From positions 1,968 through 65,967 of the forward strand of contig JBOGVU010000004.1 of assembly GCA_050692915.1 (NCBI GenBank): DNA of 64,000 nt, given 5' to 3'. The notes beneath the pieces are model-generated. The model was not told the DNA's origin. It did not search any database and saw only the letters and a program-made list of their open reading frames with translations. This DNA is from Actinomycetota bacterium. Lineage in GTDB: Bacteria; Actinomycetota; UBA4738; CALAEC01. Every line of letters starts with the position of its first letter. Positions within the stretch are counted from its first letter, which is position 1. Positions 1 through 10,797 of the stretch are shown here, in pieces. Both the position numbers and the translations under genes were made by a program.

Positions 1-2
1 TG

Positions 3-170
3 GCCGCCCACCCGGGGGAGACCGCCGTGGTCCTCCGACTGGAATCGGATGAGCGCACCCGCACCCTCCGGCTCTCCGAGGGGTACCGCGTGGAGGCCTC
101 CGCGGGGCTCCTGGCGGAGCTGCGGTCACTGCTCGGAGCGGGTGGAGTCCGCCCCGGGTCGACCGGCTGA
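3..170 (+). CDS. partial CDS (3' end, truncated by window edge) of unknown protein; ends ...LRSLLGAGGVRPGSTG*
   Basis: Frame-3 reading gives a balanced, non Arg/Pro-rich peptide ending at TGA 168-170. The ORF listed for this region (49..276) is in another frame and looks like a GC artifact. Confidence 0.3.
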   Translation, partial: AAHPGETAVVLRLESDERTRTLRLSEGYRVEASAGLLAELRSLLGAGGVRPGSTG

Positions 171-272
171 GATCGCCGTTCGTGTCAGCGGCACCGTTCA
201 CACTCGACGTGTGGCCCGCAGATCCGCCGATCCCCATAGGTCGCTGAGGTCCGACGCCTCCTCGGCCGAGGA

Positions 273-961
273 TTGAGCGACCCCGAGGTCGCACGACGGA
301 CGGGGGTCTCGGTCACCTCGGTTCGTCGCTGGCGAGGCCGACCTTCTTCGTGGCCGCCGCCGGGACGTGGAGGCGTTCCATGTCCTCGATGTCACGGAAG
401 GCCGTTGGATGGGTCGGCGTACGCGTCCTTGCTCGGGCTTTACCTCGGTGACGGCTACATCCTGCAGATGAAGCCGGGCGTGTACCGACTCGATCTGTAT
501 CTGAGTCGCAGGTATCCCACGATCGTGGAGAAGGCAACCTCGGCCATCGCCTCCGTTCGGGGAGGCGATTGTCGCCCCGCCCATCGCGTTCGAACGGGAG
601 ACGTCGACATCTACGCGTACTGGAAGCATTGGCCGTGCGTCTTCCCACAGCACGGTCCAGGCAGGAAGCACCACCGCCCGATCCGACTCGCTTCGTGGCA
701 GCAGGCCATCGTGAGGGCGAACACGGAGTTGTTCCTTCGAGGACTGATCCACTCGGATGGGAGCCGCGTATCAACAGGGTGAAGGGGTACGAATATCCCC
801 GCTACCACTTCAGCAACCGGAGCTCGGATATCCGTGGGTTATTCATCTGGGCCTGTGCCCGATTGGGCGTCGAGGCTAGAAGGACGAACCGCTTCGACGT
901 TGCTGTATCCCGCAGGGAGCATGTCGCGCGGCTCGACGCCTTCATCGGACCGAAGTCCTGA
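273..961 (+). pseudogene. HTH + double LAGLIDADG-like (homing-endonuclease-fold) protein, interrupted by a frameshift near 765-782
   Basis: TTG start at 273. N-terminal HTH-like segment EVARRTGVSVTSVRRW. Two LAGLIDADG-type motifs, LLGLYLGDGYI and FLRGLIHSDGS, about 100 aa apart. The reading frame continues in ORF 569..961 (…RINRVKGYEYPRYHF…) after a 1-2 nt shift. Confidence 0.5.
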
Positions 962-992
962 TCGAGCTGGGTCTCGTACACTTGACTGCGAC

Positions 993-1076
993 GCCGGGGT
1001 GGAGGAATCGGTTTACTCGGCGGCCTCAAAAGCCGCTGGCCGAAAGGCCATGCGGGTTCGAATCCCGCCCCCGGCA
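993..1076 (+). tRNA. tRNA-Leu (anticodon CAA), class II with long variable arm
   Basis: 7-bp acceptor stem GCCGGGG/CCCCGGC. Anticodon loop CUCAAAA. Variable stem-loop GGCCGAAAGGCC. T-arm GCGGG-TTCGAAT-CCCGC. Discriminator A. Confidence 0.85.
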
Positions 1077-1081
1077 CGCTC

Positions 1082-1723
1082 GTGGATCCCGTCACCGGAT
1101 TCTCCCGCCGCTCCCTGATCGCCCTGGCCGCGGCCGTGGGTCTGGGCGTGGTGGCCAGCACGGTGGCGACCGTGGTCGAGACATCCGCCGCCGACTGTCC
1201 CGACCCCGCGTACGGGTGCGCGCGTTTCGAGCCGGGCGAATCTCTCCAGATCGCCACGGTGGTGTCCTCCGATCAGGACGACCCGGGCCCGTCGGTGGCG
1301 GTTCCGGCCACCGTGCTGGGCCGCCCGGTCCGGGTGCTGACGTTCGAGGTGGGTTGCTCCGTCGAGGAGGCAGCCCGAGCCGCCCGGGACATCGCCACCG
1401 ACCCGCCCGACGACCCTCCCGTCCTGGCCGCCATCGTGGCCGCGTGCCCCCGGGCCGCGGTGCCCGTGGCCCAGATCCTTGACGACTCCGGGATCTCCAT
1501 GCTGGCGACCGGGGATCCGATGTCCCCACCCGTCCCGGTGGGGTTCGCCCTGGAGGGCCTGGACCCTGCCGCCGCGGTGGAAGCGATTCTGGAGGTGGCC
1601 GCGGAGGTGGCCGTGAAGCGCCAGGGGGACCTGCTCGTGCCCAGGACCGGGCTGCGGGATGGCCTGCTGGCCGAGGGCCTGGCCCCGGTCCCCCCCGGTG
1701 AGGCCGGCGCCAGCGAGAGATGA
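1082..1723 (+). pseudogene. truncated Liv-type substrate-binding protein paralog (remnant), beginning 5 nt after the tRNA
   Basis: The N-terminal ~170 aa parallel the downstream LivK (CPDPAYGC…ESLQIATVVS vs CPDTEIGC…EAIRIGSILTIS) and then diverge and terminate. The GTG start lies directly against the tRNA 3' end, leaving no room for an RBS. Confidence 0.35.
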
Positions 1724-1934
1724 GACCGAGCGGGGGCTCTGGAGGAGCCCCGGAGGCCGGCTTGACCCGGAACGACCCCTACTCCGATAATCGTCCTTGG
1801 AAGGCTGTAGGGGAACGACCCGACGGGAGTGGAGAAGGGAGGGAGGCGGATAGGACGGGATTCCCTTCGAACCACGCTTGAACCGGGCGTATGGGCGGTC
1901 GCCCTGGCGCCCGGCGGAACCGAAAGGAGGGGGA

Positions 1935-3227
1935 ATGCAGAAAAGGCTCGGATTTCTCGCCGTGGTGAGCGCGTTCGCGCTCTTGGCGGCGGCGTGTGCC
2001 GAGGACGGCGATGGCGGCCCCACGGATGGGGCGGCCGAATGTCCTGACACGGAGATCGGCTGCGTCGAGGTCGGCGCCGACGAGGCGATCCGGATCGGCT
2101 CGATCCTGACGATCTCGGGTGACACTGCCAGCCTCGGTCTCGACAGCCAGAACGGCATCGAGCTGGCCCTGGACTACCGGGACGGGACGTTCGACGGGAC
2201 CCCGGGGCAGGTCGCTGGCCACGACGTCGAGTTCCAGCATGAGGACGGCGGCTGCGCCGCGGAAGGCGGAACCGCCGCGGGCACGCTGCTGGCCTCGGAC
2301 CCGACGATCGCGGCGGTGATCGGAACCAGCTGCTCCAGCGAGGCGCTGGGGGCAGCGGACCAGATCCTGAGCGACGAGGGCATCGTGCTGATCTCGCCCT
2401 CGAACACCAGCCCGGCGCTGACGGATCCTGCCACGCGCCAGCCGTTCTACTACCGGACGGCGCACAACGACAGCATCCAGGGTGCCGCCGCGGCGCAGTT
2501 CGCCTCGGAGGAGCTCGGGGCCACGACGGCTGCCACGATCCACGACGGCAGCCCCTACGCCGACGGGCTCCAGCAGGTGTTCTGCGACGTGTTCAGCAGT
2601 CAGTACGGCGGCGAGTGCACCACCCAGGAGGCCATCCAGGTCGGTGACACGGACTTCGGACCGCTGCTGACCAGCATCGCCGCGGACTCGCCGGAGGCCC
2701 TGTTCTTCCCGATCTTCCTGCCCGAGGGCGGGCTGATCACCGCGCAAGCACGGGAGAACCCGGACTTCGACGACGTGGCGCTGATCGGGGCCGACGGCCT
2801 CCTCACGCCCGACTTCATCGACTCGGCCGGTGCGGACAACGCCGAAGGCGTGTACATGTCCGGCCCGAGCCTGGAGTTCTCGGGCGACTTCTACGAGGGC
2901 GAGTTCCTGCCCGCGTACGAGGAGCAGTTCGGCGAGGAGCCGACGGCCGTTTTCCACGCCCACGCCTTCGACGCGACGAACATCGTGTTCGACGCGATCG
3001 AGGAGGTGGCGGTGGAGACGGACGACGGCGGCCTGTTGATCCCGAAGACCCAGCTGGCGGAGACCATCGGGTCGACGTCTGGGTTCGAGGGCATCACCGG
3101 CAGCCTCACCTGCGACGAGAACGGTGACTGCCAGCAGACCGCCACGATGGCGATGAACATCATCGAGGACGGCGACTTCAACCCGATCTTCGAGGCCACG
3201 CTGGAGCTGGCCGAGACACAGGGCTAG
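1935..3227 (+). CDS. livK: branched-chain amino acid ABC transporter substrate-binding lipoprotein (LivK/LivJ family, PBP type I)
   Basis: RBS GGAGGGGG precedes ATG 1935. Lipoprotein signal MQKRLGFLAVVSAFALLAAAC. Family-typical sequence throughout. Confidence 0.85.
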   Translation: MQKRLGFLAVVSAFALLAAACAEDGDGGPTDGAAECPDTEIGCVEVGADEAIRIGSILTISGDTASLGLDSQNGIELALDYRDGTFDGTPGQVAGHDVEFQHEDGGCAAEGGTAAGTLLASDPTIAAVIGTSCSSEALGAADQILSDEGIVLISPSNTSPALTDPATRQPFYYRTAHNDSIQGAAAAQFASEELGATTAATIHDGSPYADGLQQVFCDVFSSQYGGECTTQEAIQVGDTDFGPLLTSIAADSPEALFFPIFLPEGGLITAQARENPDFDDVALIGADGLLTPDFIDSAGADNAEGVYMSGPSLEFSGDFYEGEFLPAYEEQFGEEPTAVFHAHAFDATNIVFDAIEEVAVETDDGGLLIPKTQLAETIGSTSGFEGITGSLTCDENGDCQQTATMAMNIIEDGDFNPIFEATLELAETQG

Positions 3228-3317
3228 CGGGCTCGGAGAGAGAGGAAGTCGACGGGAACGAACTGAGGCGCTGCGGGTGGACCGGGGTCCGCCCGCAGTG
3301 CTTCACGCAGGTAACGG

Positions 3318-4409
3318 ATGAGCGAACCAACGACGACGGTTGAGGCACCCAGGCGCCGGCTGTTCCTGGAGCGGGTGCCGTGGCGGGCCATCATCCTGAT
3401 CGGGCTGAGCGCGGTGCTCCTTCTGGGCATCGTCCTGGGGACGGCGTCGACGCTCCAGGAGGGCCGGTTCACCGGGGCCAACTGGAGCCGGCTGATCGTG
3501 GGCGGGGTGACCCGAGGCAGTGTCTACGCCATCATCGCCGTGGGGTACACCCTGGTGTACGGGATCCTCTTCCTGATCAACTTCGCCCACGGCGAGGTGT
3601 TCATGGCCGGGGCATTCAGCACGCTGTTCGTGGCCCGGGCCCTGGACGAGGCGGGGACGCTCAACAGCAGCCCGATCCTGTCGATCGGCATCCTCTTCGC
3701 GTCCTCGATGCTGATCTCCATGGTCGTGGCCATCGTGCTGGAGCGAGTCGCCTACCGGCCCCTCAGGGGATCGCCTCGGCTGATCCTCCTGATCACCGCG
3801 ATCGGGGCGTCCCTGTTCCTCCAGAACAGCTTCCGAGGGTTCTTCGGCGCGAGCTCGACGGCCTATCCGAGGATCGAGATCCTGGCGGGGGAGATGTCGA
3901 TCCTCGGGGTGGCGATCGCCCGCAAGCAGCTGATCGTGATCGTCGGGGCGCTCGTTCTGATGGTGGGCCTGTACCTCTTCATCGAACGAAGCAAGACGGG
4001 GCGGGCGATGCGGGCCGTGGGCGAGGACAAGGAGATCGCCGCGCTCATGGGAATCGACGTCGATCGGGTCATCGTGACCACGTTCGCCGTCGGCGGCCTT
4101 CTGGCCGGGGCGGCCGGGATCCTGTTCGTGTTCGTGTTCAACCAGGTGAACTACTTCATGGGATTCGTCCCGGGCATCAAGGCCTTCACCGCCGCGGTGC
4201 TCGGCGGGATCGGGAACGTGCTGGGTGCGGGCATCGGGGGCATCGCGCTGGGCGTGCTGGAGAGCGTGGGGCCCCGGCTGATCCTGACCGGCGCCCACGT
4301 CCCTTCGCCGGACCAGCTCCAGCCCGTGGTGGCGTTCGGGGTCCTGGTCCTGGTCCTGCTCTTCCGGCCGGGCGGGATCCTCGGCGCCGAGGAAGAGAAG
4401 AGGGCGTGA
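3318..4409 (+). CDS. livH: branched-chain amino acid ABC transporter permease LivH
   Basis: Multi-TM permease with the LivH-typical INFAHGEVFMAGAF segment. Confidence 0.9.
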   Translation: MSEPTTTVEAPRRRLFLERVPWRAIILIGLSAVLLLGIVLGTASTLQEGRFTGANWSRLIVGGVTRGSVYAIIAVGYTLVYGILFLINFAHGEVFMAGAFSTLFVARALDEAGTLNSSPILSIGILFASSMLISMVVAIVLERVAYRPLRGSPRLILLITAIGASLFLQNSFRGFFGASSTAYPRIEILAGEMSILGVAIARKQLIVIVGALVLMVGLYLFIERSKTGRAMRAVGEDKEIAALMGIDVDRVIVTTFAVGGLLAGAAGILFVFVFNQVNYFMGFVPGIKAFTAAVLGGIGNVLGAGIGGIALGVLESVGPRLILTGAHVPSPDQLQPVVAFGVLVLVLLFRPGGILGAEEEKRA

Positions 4410-4410
4410 G

Positions 4411-6474
4411 ATGGCCGCGGTGACGGAGACGGTCCGGGTCGAGCGGGGCCAGGTCCCCCCGGGCAGCGCGATCCGTCGGGGCGTTCGCAGCGGGTTCCTC
4501 GGTGGGCTGATCTTCATCTACCTGTCCGCCGTGGGGCTGGTGGAGCGGTTCAACGACACGAACGTGATCACGGACGTGCTCTCCCTGGGCCCCACGTTCT
4601 TCCTGGGGGCCATGCTGTTCGCCGGGTACCTGGCGGCCAGGGACCGCAAGGTCGAGGGAGAGATCTTCGCGGTGTCGGCCCGGGACCGGCTGGTAGCCGG
4701 GGTCGTAGCCGGGGCCCTCACCGGAGCGATCGCCGCCGCGTTCGTCCTGCTGTTCAACGCCGTGGACGTTCGGGACATCTTCGTGTCGCTGTCCCCGGTC
4801 CTCATGAGCGACGTCCTGACTCTCGGCCAGGAGCCGGCCGTGGGCGCACTCCTCCAGCTGGGGGTGGCCACGGCCCTGGGCACCCTGGGGGCGGCCCTGC
4901 GGCTGGTGGACCCCCGGAACCGCAAGGTGTTCCTGGCGGCCGTGGGGACGATGCTGATCGTCGGCGTCCTGGAGCGTCTGCTCCGGGTCATGCTGGACAA
5001 TCTGGGCCTGGAGACCTCGTGGCTGTACCGCCGTGGGGGCCTGACCGTTTCTGGCGCCATCGGCATGTTCGTCCTGGGGGGCGTGGTCAGCTACCTGACC
5101 ACCCATCGCGAGGCGATCCTCCAGCGGCTGGCGGGCGAGCGCCGGACGGGGGGCGACCAGGGCGGGGTCCTGCCGCCGAGCACCCAGGAGAGCCTGGCCT
5201 TCGGTCTCGGCCTGGCCTCGCTGGCCCTTTCCGCGATCCTGGCCGTTCAGGGGCTGCTGCAGGAGGAGAGCTCCGGCCTCTTGCTGATCCTGGCGCTGGC
5301 GCTCGGGCTGGTGGCCATCGGCGTGGCCGCAGTCACGGTGCGGAAGCGAACCGGCGGTGGCGCCCGGGGCACCATGAAAGCCGGTCGGGCGGGGATCGGG
5401 TTCTTCGCCGCGGTGGCGGGGGTGTTCGCCATCGTCCCCTTGATCGTGGGGGTGTTCCTCAGCCACGCCATGGTCACCGTGGGGATCTACGTGCTGTTGG
5501 GGCTAGGTCTGAACATCGTGGTCGGGTACGCCGGGCTGCTCGACCTCGGGTACGTGGCCTTCTTCGCCGTGGGGGCCTACAGCATGGCCCTGTTCACGGC
5601 CCTCCAGTCCAGCCTGGTGACCGAGGGCGTGGGAGAGTTCGGGAGCGGCTCCCAGGTCGCCGCGGAGCAGCCGTTCACGAACTTCTGGGTGGCCCTGCCC
5701 CTGGTGATCGCCATCGCCGTGCTGGCCGGGGTGCTGATCGGGGCGCCGGTCCTTCGGCTACGCGGGGATTACCTGGCCATCGTGACCCTGGGGTTCGGGG
5801 AGATCGTCCGGGTCATCGTCCGGTCCGACTGGGCCGCCTCGTTCCTGGGGGGCTCCCAGGGGATCAAGCAGATCCAGCCGCCGACACCGGAGGTGCTGGA
5901 CTTCGGGAATCCCCAGAACCTGTACTACCTCGTCCTGGTGTTCATCCTGCTGGCGATCTATGTCTCCTGGCGGCTCCAGTATTCGCGAGTGGGACGGGCC
6001 TGGGCGGCCATGCGGGAGGACGAGGACGTGGCGGAGGCCATGGGAGTTAGCGTGATCAAGTACAAGCTGCTGGCGTTCGCCATGGGGGCCGCCGTGGGCT
6101 GCCTCTCGGGCGCGTTCTTCGCCGTGCAGCTCTCCGTGATCACGCCGGACAGCTTCGAGCTGCTGGTGTCGATCACCGTGCTGGCCGCCATCATCCTCGG
6201 GGGCCTGGGCAGCATCCCCGGCGTCATCGTGGGCGCCGTCGTCCTGGTGGGGCTCCCCGAGGTCCTGCGCGACTTCGCCGAGTACCGCCTGCTGTTCTAC
6301 GGGGCCATCCTGGTCGGCATCATGATCCTGCGGCCCGAGGGTCTCATCGCCAGCGCCCGACGCCGCCGCGAGCTTCACGAACGTGTGGCCGAGGAGGCCC
6401 AGTTCGGAGGGGAGTTCGCAGTGGGTGAAGCGGCCTTGACCGCCAATCCCGGAGAGGCGAGGCGGGAGCCATGA
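4411..6474 (+). CDS. livM: branched-chain amino acid ABC transporter permease LivM with ~350-aa N-terminal membrane extension
   Basis: The C-terminal half is LivM-like ([33 protein letters not shown]). Start codon abuts the livH stop (TGA-G-ATG). Confidence 0.85.
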   Translation: MAAVTETVRVERGQVPPGSAIRRGVRSGFLGGLIFIYLSAVGLVERFNDTNVITDVLSLGPTFFLGAMLFAGYLAARDRKVEGEIFAVSARDRLVAGVVAGALTGAIAAAFVLLFNAVDVRDIFVSLSPVLMSDVLTLGQEPAVGALLQLGVATALGTLGAALRLVDPRNRKVFLAAVGTMLIVGVLERLLRVMLDNLGLETSWLYRRGGLTVSGAIGMFVLGGVVSYLTTHREAILQRLAGERRTGGDQGGVLPPSTQESLAFGLGLASLALSAILAVQGLLQEESSGLLLILALALGLVAIGVAAVTVRKRTGGGARGTMKAGRAGIGFFAAVAGVFAIVPLIVGVFLSHAMVTVGIYVLLGLGLNIVVGYAGLLDLGYVAFFAVGAYSMALFTALQSSLVTEGVGEFGSGSQVAAEQPFTNFWVALPLVIAIAVLAGVLIGAPVLRLRGDYLAIVTLGFGEIVRVIVRSDWAASFLGGSQGIKQIQPPTPEVLDFGNPQNLYYLVLVFILLAIYVSWRLQYSRVGRAWAAMREDEDVAEAMGVSVIKYKLLAFAMGAAVGCLSGAFFAVQLSVITPDSFELLVSITVLAAIILGGLGSIPGVIVGAVVLVGLPEVLRDFAEYRLLFYGAILVGIMILRPEGLIASARRRRELHERVAEEAQFGGEFAVGEAALTANPGEARREP

Positions 6475-7253
6475 GCCTGCTCGAGGTGAAGGATCTGTCG
6501 AAGCGGTTCGGCGGTCTGGCGGCCGTGGACGACGTCGACTTCCATGCCGATGAGGGAGAGATCGTCAGCGTGATCGGCCCGAACGGGGCCGGCAAGACCA
6601 CCCTATTCAACATCGTCACGGGCTTCTACGAACACGAGCAGGGGACCGTCGGGTTCGACGGCCACAACATCGCCGGCCTCAAGCCGAACCAGATCACCAA
6701 GCTGGGCATCTCCCGGACGTTCCAGGCCGTCCGGCTGTTCCCGGCCATGAGCGTGTTGGAGAACGTCATGGTGGGCCAGCACAGCCGGAGTCATTCTGGA
6801 GTCTTCGGTACGATCCTCCGGCTCCCGGCGACCATCAAGGAGGAGCGGCGGATCGAGGAGAAGGCCCGGGAGATGCTGGCGTTCTTCGGGACCGCCCTCC
6901 TGCCCCGGGCCGACGAGCTCGCGGCCGGGCTGGCGTACGCGGACCGCCGTCGGCTGGAGATCGCCCGGGCCATGGCCACGGAGCCGAAGCTGCTGCTGCT
7001 GGACGAGCCCACGGCCGGGATGAACGCCCGCGAGAAGGAGGAGGTCATCGACCTGGTCAGCCGGCTTCGCCGGGAGCGTGGCTACACGGTCGTCCTGATC
7101 GAACACGACATGCCGGTGGTCAAGGGCGTCTCCGACCGCGTGGTGGCCCTCGACTTCGGAAGGAAGATCGCCGAGGGGACCTATGACGAGGTCGCGAGCA
7201 ACGAGAGGGTGATCGAAGCGTACCTGGGAACCGAGCACGAGGAGAGCGCATGA
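6471..7253 (+). CDS. livG: branched-chain amino acid ABC transporter ATP-binding protein LivG
   Basis: Walker [10 protein letters not shown], LivG-type N-terminus, ATGA overlap with livM. Confidence 0.9.
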   Translation: MSLLEVKDLSKRFGGLAAVDDVDFHADEGEIVSVIGPNGAGKTTLFNIVTGFYEHEQGTVGFDGHNIAGLKPNQITKLGISRTFQAVRLFPAMSVLENVMVGQHSRSHSGVFGTILRLPATIKEERRIEEKAREMLAFFGTALLPRADELAAGLAYADRRRLEIARAMATEPKLLLLDEPTAGMNAREKEEVIDLVSRLRRERGYTVVLIEHDMPVVKGVSDRVVALDFGRKIAEGTYDEVASNERVIEAYLGTEHEESA

Positions 7254-7975
7254 CGGCGGACGGCGCACCCGTCTTGGAGCTCCAGGGGGTTCACGCCAGC
7301 TACGGCGCGGTCCGGGTGCTCACCGACGTCAGCCTGGAGGTCCGCCGGGGGGAGATCGTGTGCCTGCTCGGCCCGAACGCCGCGGGGAAGACCACCACGC
7401 TGCGGGCCATCCTGGGGCTCACCCCCCCTCGGGCCGGCCGGATCCATGTGGAGGGGGAGCGGGTCGACGGCCTTCCCACGCCGAGGATCGTGGCCAAGGG
7501 GATCACTATGGTGCCCGAGAACCGGCGGCTCTTCGCCAGGATGAGCGTGCGGGAGAACCTGGAGATCGGGGCACAGCTGCGGAAGGACACCGAGGGTATC
7601 CAGCGGGATCAGGACCGGGTCCTCGAGCTGTTTCCGCGCCTGCAGGAGCGGCTGTCCCAGCGAGCCGGCACGCTGTCCGGAGGCGAGCAGCAGATGCTGG
7701 CCATCGGACGGGCGCTGATGGCGGACCCGAAGGTTCTGCTGATGGACGAGCCGTCGATGGGCCTGGCACCGATCCTGGTGGAGCAGGTCTTCCAGAGGAT
7801 CAAGGAGATCAACAAGCAGGGCACTACGATCTTCTTGGTAGAGCAGAACGCCAAGATGGCCCTGTCGATCGCCGACCGTGGCTACATCCTCAGGGGCGGG
7901 GAGGTCGTCATGGCAGACACGGCCCAGGCGCTGCGCGACAGCCCGCAGATGCAGGAGGCCTACCTGGGCGGGTGA
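7250..7975 (+). CDS. livF: branched-chain amino acid ABC transporter ATP-binding protein LivF
   Basis: Walker A GPNAAGKTT, signature LSGGEQQML, ATGA overlap with livG. Confidence 0.9.
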   Translation: MTADGAPVLELQGVHASYGAVRVLTDVSLEVRRGEIVCLLGPNAAGKTTTLRAILGLTPPRAGRIHVEGERVDGLPTPRIVAKGITMVPENRRLFARMSVRENLEIGAQLRKDTEGIQRDQDRVLELFPRLQERLSQRAGTLSGGEQQMLAIGRALMADPKVLLMDEPSMGLAPILVEQVFQRIKEINKQGTTIFLVEQNAKMALSIADRGYILRGGEVVMADTAQALRDSPQMQEAYLGG

Positions 7976-7976
7976 A

Positions 7977-8906
7977 GTGCGGCTCCCGCTGATCGATGCG
8001 GACGAGCTGACTGGTCTCCTCCCGATGCCGGCGGCCATCGACGCACTGGAGCGGGCGTTCTCCGGCCCCGCGCTCCCGGGTGCCCCTCGGCGAACCCACG
8101 TAGAGGTCCCGGGCGGCGAGCTCCTCCTGATGCCGGCCGCTGGGGAGCCGGGCGTGGGGGTGAAGCTCGTCACGCTGAACCCGTCGAACCCCGAGCGGGG
8201 CCTTCCGTTCGTGCAGGGCGCATACGTCCTGTTCGACCCTGACACGCTGTCCCCGGAGGCGGTCCTGGACGGCGCGGCGCTGACGAACCTGAGGACCGCG
8301 GCTGTCTCCGGCCTGGCCACCCGCCACCTCGCCCGCCCCGACGCCTCCTGGCTGGTCCTGTTCGGGGCCGGCGCCACCGCGAACGCCCACCTCGACGCGA
8401 TGCTGGCCGTCCGTCCCTTCCGGACCGTTCGGGTGGTGTCCCGGTCGGAGGGCCCCGCAAACGCTCTGGCCGAGCGGGCCAGGGCGGCCGGCCTGGATGC
8501 GGCCGTGGCCGGGCCGGAGGCCGTTGCCGAGGCGGACGTGGTGTGCACCTGCACCACCAGCGAGCGCCCCGTGTTCGACGGCACCCTCCTTCAGCCGGGG
8601 ATGCACGTGAACGCTATCGGCGCGTACCGCCCCGACATGCGGGAGCTGGACGATGAGGCCGTCGCCCGGGCCCGGGTCGCGGTGGAGACTCGGGAGGCGG
8701 CCATGGCCGAGGCCGGTGACCTACTGATCCCCCTTCGTTCGGGGCGCATCGGGCGTGACCACGTCGTGGCCGACCTGGGCGAGGTGGTTCGGGGCGCCAC
8801 GGTGCGCCGCGGCCCCGAGGACGTCACCGTGTTCAAGTCGGTGGGGATCGCCCCGGAGGACCTGATCGTGGCCCGGGCCGCCGTGGATGCCCGGGCCCGC
8901 GCCTAG
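7977..8906 (+). CDS. ornithine cyclodeaminase / mu-crystallin family protein
   Basis: GTG start 2 nt after the livF stop. Rossmann GAGATA motif and overall OCD-family sequence. Confidence 0.8.
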   Translation: MRLPLIDADELTGLLPMPAAIDALERAFSGPALPGAPRRTHVEVPGGELLLMPAAGEPGVGVKLVTLNPSNPERGLPFVQGAYVLFDPDTLSPEAVLDGAALTNLRTAAVSGLATRHLARPDASWLVLFGAGATANAHLDAMLAVRPFRTVRVVSRSEGPANALAERARAAGLDAAVAGPEAVAEADVVCTCTTSERPVFDGTLLQPGMHVNAIGAYRPDMRELDDEAVARARVAVETREAAMAEAGDLLIPLRSGRIGRDHVVADLGEVVRGATVRRGPEDVTVFKSVGIAPEDLIVARAAVDARARA

Positions 8907-9424
8907 GAGGTCGTCCAGGGAGCCGCGGAGAGGTACCTGGCCCGGAGGAGGTCGAACGCGCAGTCGTCCTCCAGGACCTCCAGGGAGAGGGAGCCGCCCT
9001 CCAGGGCCCACCGGTAGACGCCCCTGGTCTGGGGGCAGTTGGGGTCGTTGATCAGGATCAGGCGGGCGCCCTCGACGAAGTAGTGGCCGCCGCTGAAGAA
9101 CGCCCAGGCGGGATGTTCCACCCGGAAGCGGCCCTCTTGCAGCGTCAGGACGGCCAGGCCGCTGTTGAGGCGGTACGGGGCGCACCGGCGACACGGGATG
9201 GGGTCGGAGCCGGCCTCGTAGTTCCGCTGGTACACCCCGTCGATCGGGGTGCCGGCCAGCGGCGGGACGGGGGTCACGAACGGATACGGCTCCTGGGCCG
9301 GGGCGTCCCGCCACATCTCCGGGTCCCCCGTGGGACTGGGCGTTCCCCGGGGGGACTCGGCCGTCCCCGTGGAGCAGCCAATCAACAGCCCGGCCACGAG
9401 GATCGTTGGGATCCGTGGAGCCAT
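8903..9424 (-). CDS. hypothetical lipoprotein
   Basis: Signal peptide plus lipobox LLIGCS, balanced composition. Convergent with the OCD-family gene. Confidence 0.55.
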   Translation of the reverse strand: MAPRIPTILVAGLLIGCSTGTAESPRGTPSPTGDPEMWRDAPAQEPYPFVTPVPPLAGTPIDGVYQRNYEAGSDPIPCRRCAPYRLNSGLAVLTLQEGRFRVEHPAWAFFSGGHYFVEGARLILINDPNCPQTRGVYRWALEGGSLSLEVLEDDCAFDLLRARYLSAAPWTTS

Positions 9425-9603
9425 GGTCGGATCGAACCACGGTTGTGGTCCTTCAGGGAATGCTCCGACGGTCGCAGAAGTGTCGCCTGGATGTCGCCGA
9501 CCTCGGCGCCGGCTGGAGGCCGGGCCGCCGGGCCCGAACTGGACGCCCCGGGCCGCCCACGCCTACGCTCCGGGCCACGGTGGAGAAGGAGACTGGTTGA
9601 AGC

Positions 9604-10791
9604 ATGCGGAAGCGATGGCTGGCCCTCCTGGCCGCGGTGGCGCTCGTGGGTGGGTCGTGCGGCGGCGGCCCCGATGAGCCCGACGAGGCGGCGGCCGGAA
9701 AGCCTCGGGTCACCGTGTACTTCCAGGGCGCCCTCAGCGGTGACTTCCGGTCCCTGGTGATCCACGCGTTCCAGGCCGCCCAGCTTCGGATCGACGAGCT
9801 GAACGCCGACGATGACTTCCCGGCCGTGGTGACCCTGGAACGGGCCGACACCCAGGGCGACCGCGTCAGGGCCCCTGGCGTGGCCGAGAGGGTGGCGGCC
9901 GATCCTCAGACCGTCGCGGTGATCGGTCCGGCGTTCGCCGGAGAGTCCGAGGAGTCCGGAGACACCTACGAGGCCGCGGCCATCGCCTTCGTGACGCCCT
10001 CGGCCATCGATCCCGACCTGGCCGACCGAGGCTGGGAGTACTGGTACCGAACCGTGGCGACCGAGGAGGACCAGGGCGGTCCGATGGGGGAGTGGATGGC
10101 CTCCAGACATGCCAGCATCTTTGTGGCTGATGACGAGTCCGAGTACGGGCAGGACCTGGCGGAGGCCGTGGCCGAGGCCGCAGGCCAGAACGGCGCCGCG
10201 GTCGAGAAGGTGGAGGGCATCGTCCCCACGGAGGTGTACTCGGAGCTGATCGGCGACGTGGCGGCCTCCGGAGCCGACGCCCTCTTCTACGGGGGCTTCG
10301 ACGTGCAGACGGGGCTGATCGTGGCCCAGGCCCGCGACGCCGGGCTGGACATCCCCATCTACTCGGGCGACGGATCCGTGTCCACGACACTGCTGGACCT
10401 GGCCGACGAGACAGCGTCGGATGTCTTCCTATCATGCCCCTGCAACCTCGAGGGGGAGGGGGGCTTTCGATCGACCTACGAGTCGGCCTACGGGGAGACC
10501 CGAGCCCCGCTGTTCGCCGCGGAGGGCTACGACGCGGCCAGCCTGATCGGGGAAGGGATCCGCTCGGCGATCGAGGGCGGGGCCGAGGATCCCGCCTCGA
10601 TCCGTGCGGGGATCAAGACGTACCTGGACAGCCTCACGGTCGACGCCCCCTTCCAGGGGGTGGCCAAGACCATCGCCTTCGATGATGCCCACGAGGTGGC
10701 CGCGCTGGATCGGCGGGCCCTCATCTTCCTTTACGAGGTCGAGCCCGACGGTATCTCGCTGGAGGGAAGCGCGGCCGAGCTGGTGGGCTGA
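9604..10791 (+). CDS. orphan Liv-type (PBP type I) substrate-binding lipoprotein
   Basis: Lipoprotein signal LVGGSC and PBP1/LivK-like sequence. No adjacent permease. Confidence 0.8.
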   Translation: MRKRWLALLAAVALVGGSCGGGPDEPDEAAAGKPRVTVYFQGALSGDFRSLVIHAFQAAQLRIDELNADDDFPAVVTLERADTQGDRVRAPGVAERVAADPQTVAVIGPAFAGESEESGDTYEAAAIAFVTPSAIDPDLADRGWEYWYRTVATEEDQGGPMGEWMASRHASIFVADDESEYGQDLAEAVAEAAGQNGAAVEKVEGIVPTEVYSELIGDVAASGADALFYGGFDVQTGLIVAQARDAGLDIPIYSGDGSVSTTLLDLADETASDVFLSCPCNLEGEGGFRSTYESAYGETRAPLFAAEGYDAASLIGEGIRSAIEGGAEDPASIRAGIKTYLDSLTVDAPFQGVAKTIAFDDAHEVAALDRRALIFLYEVEPDGISLEGSAAELVG

Positions 10792-10797
10792 CCGTGG

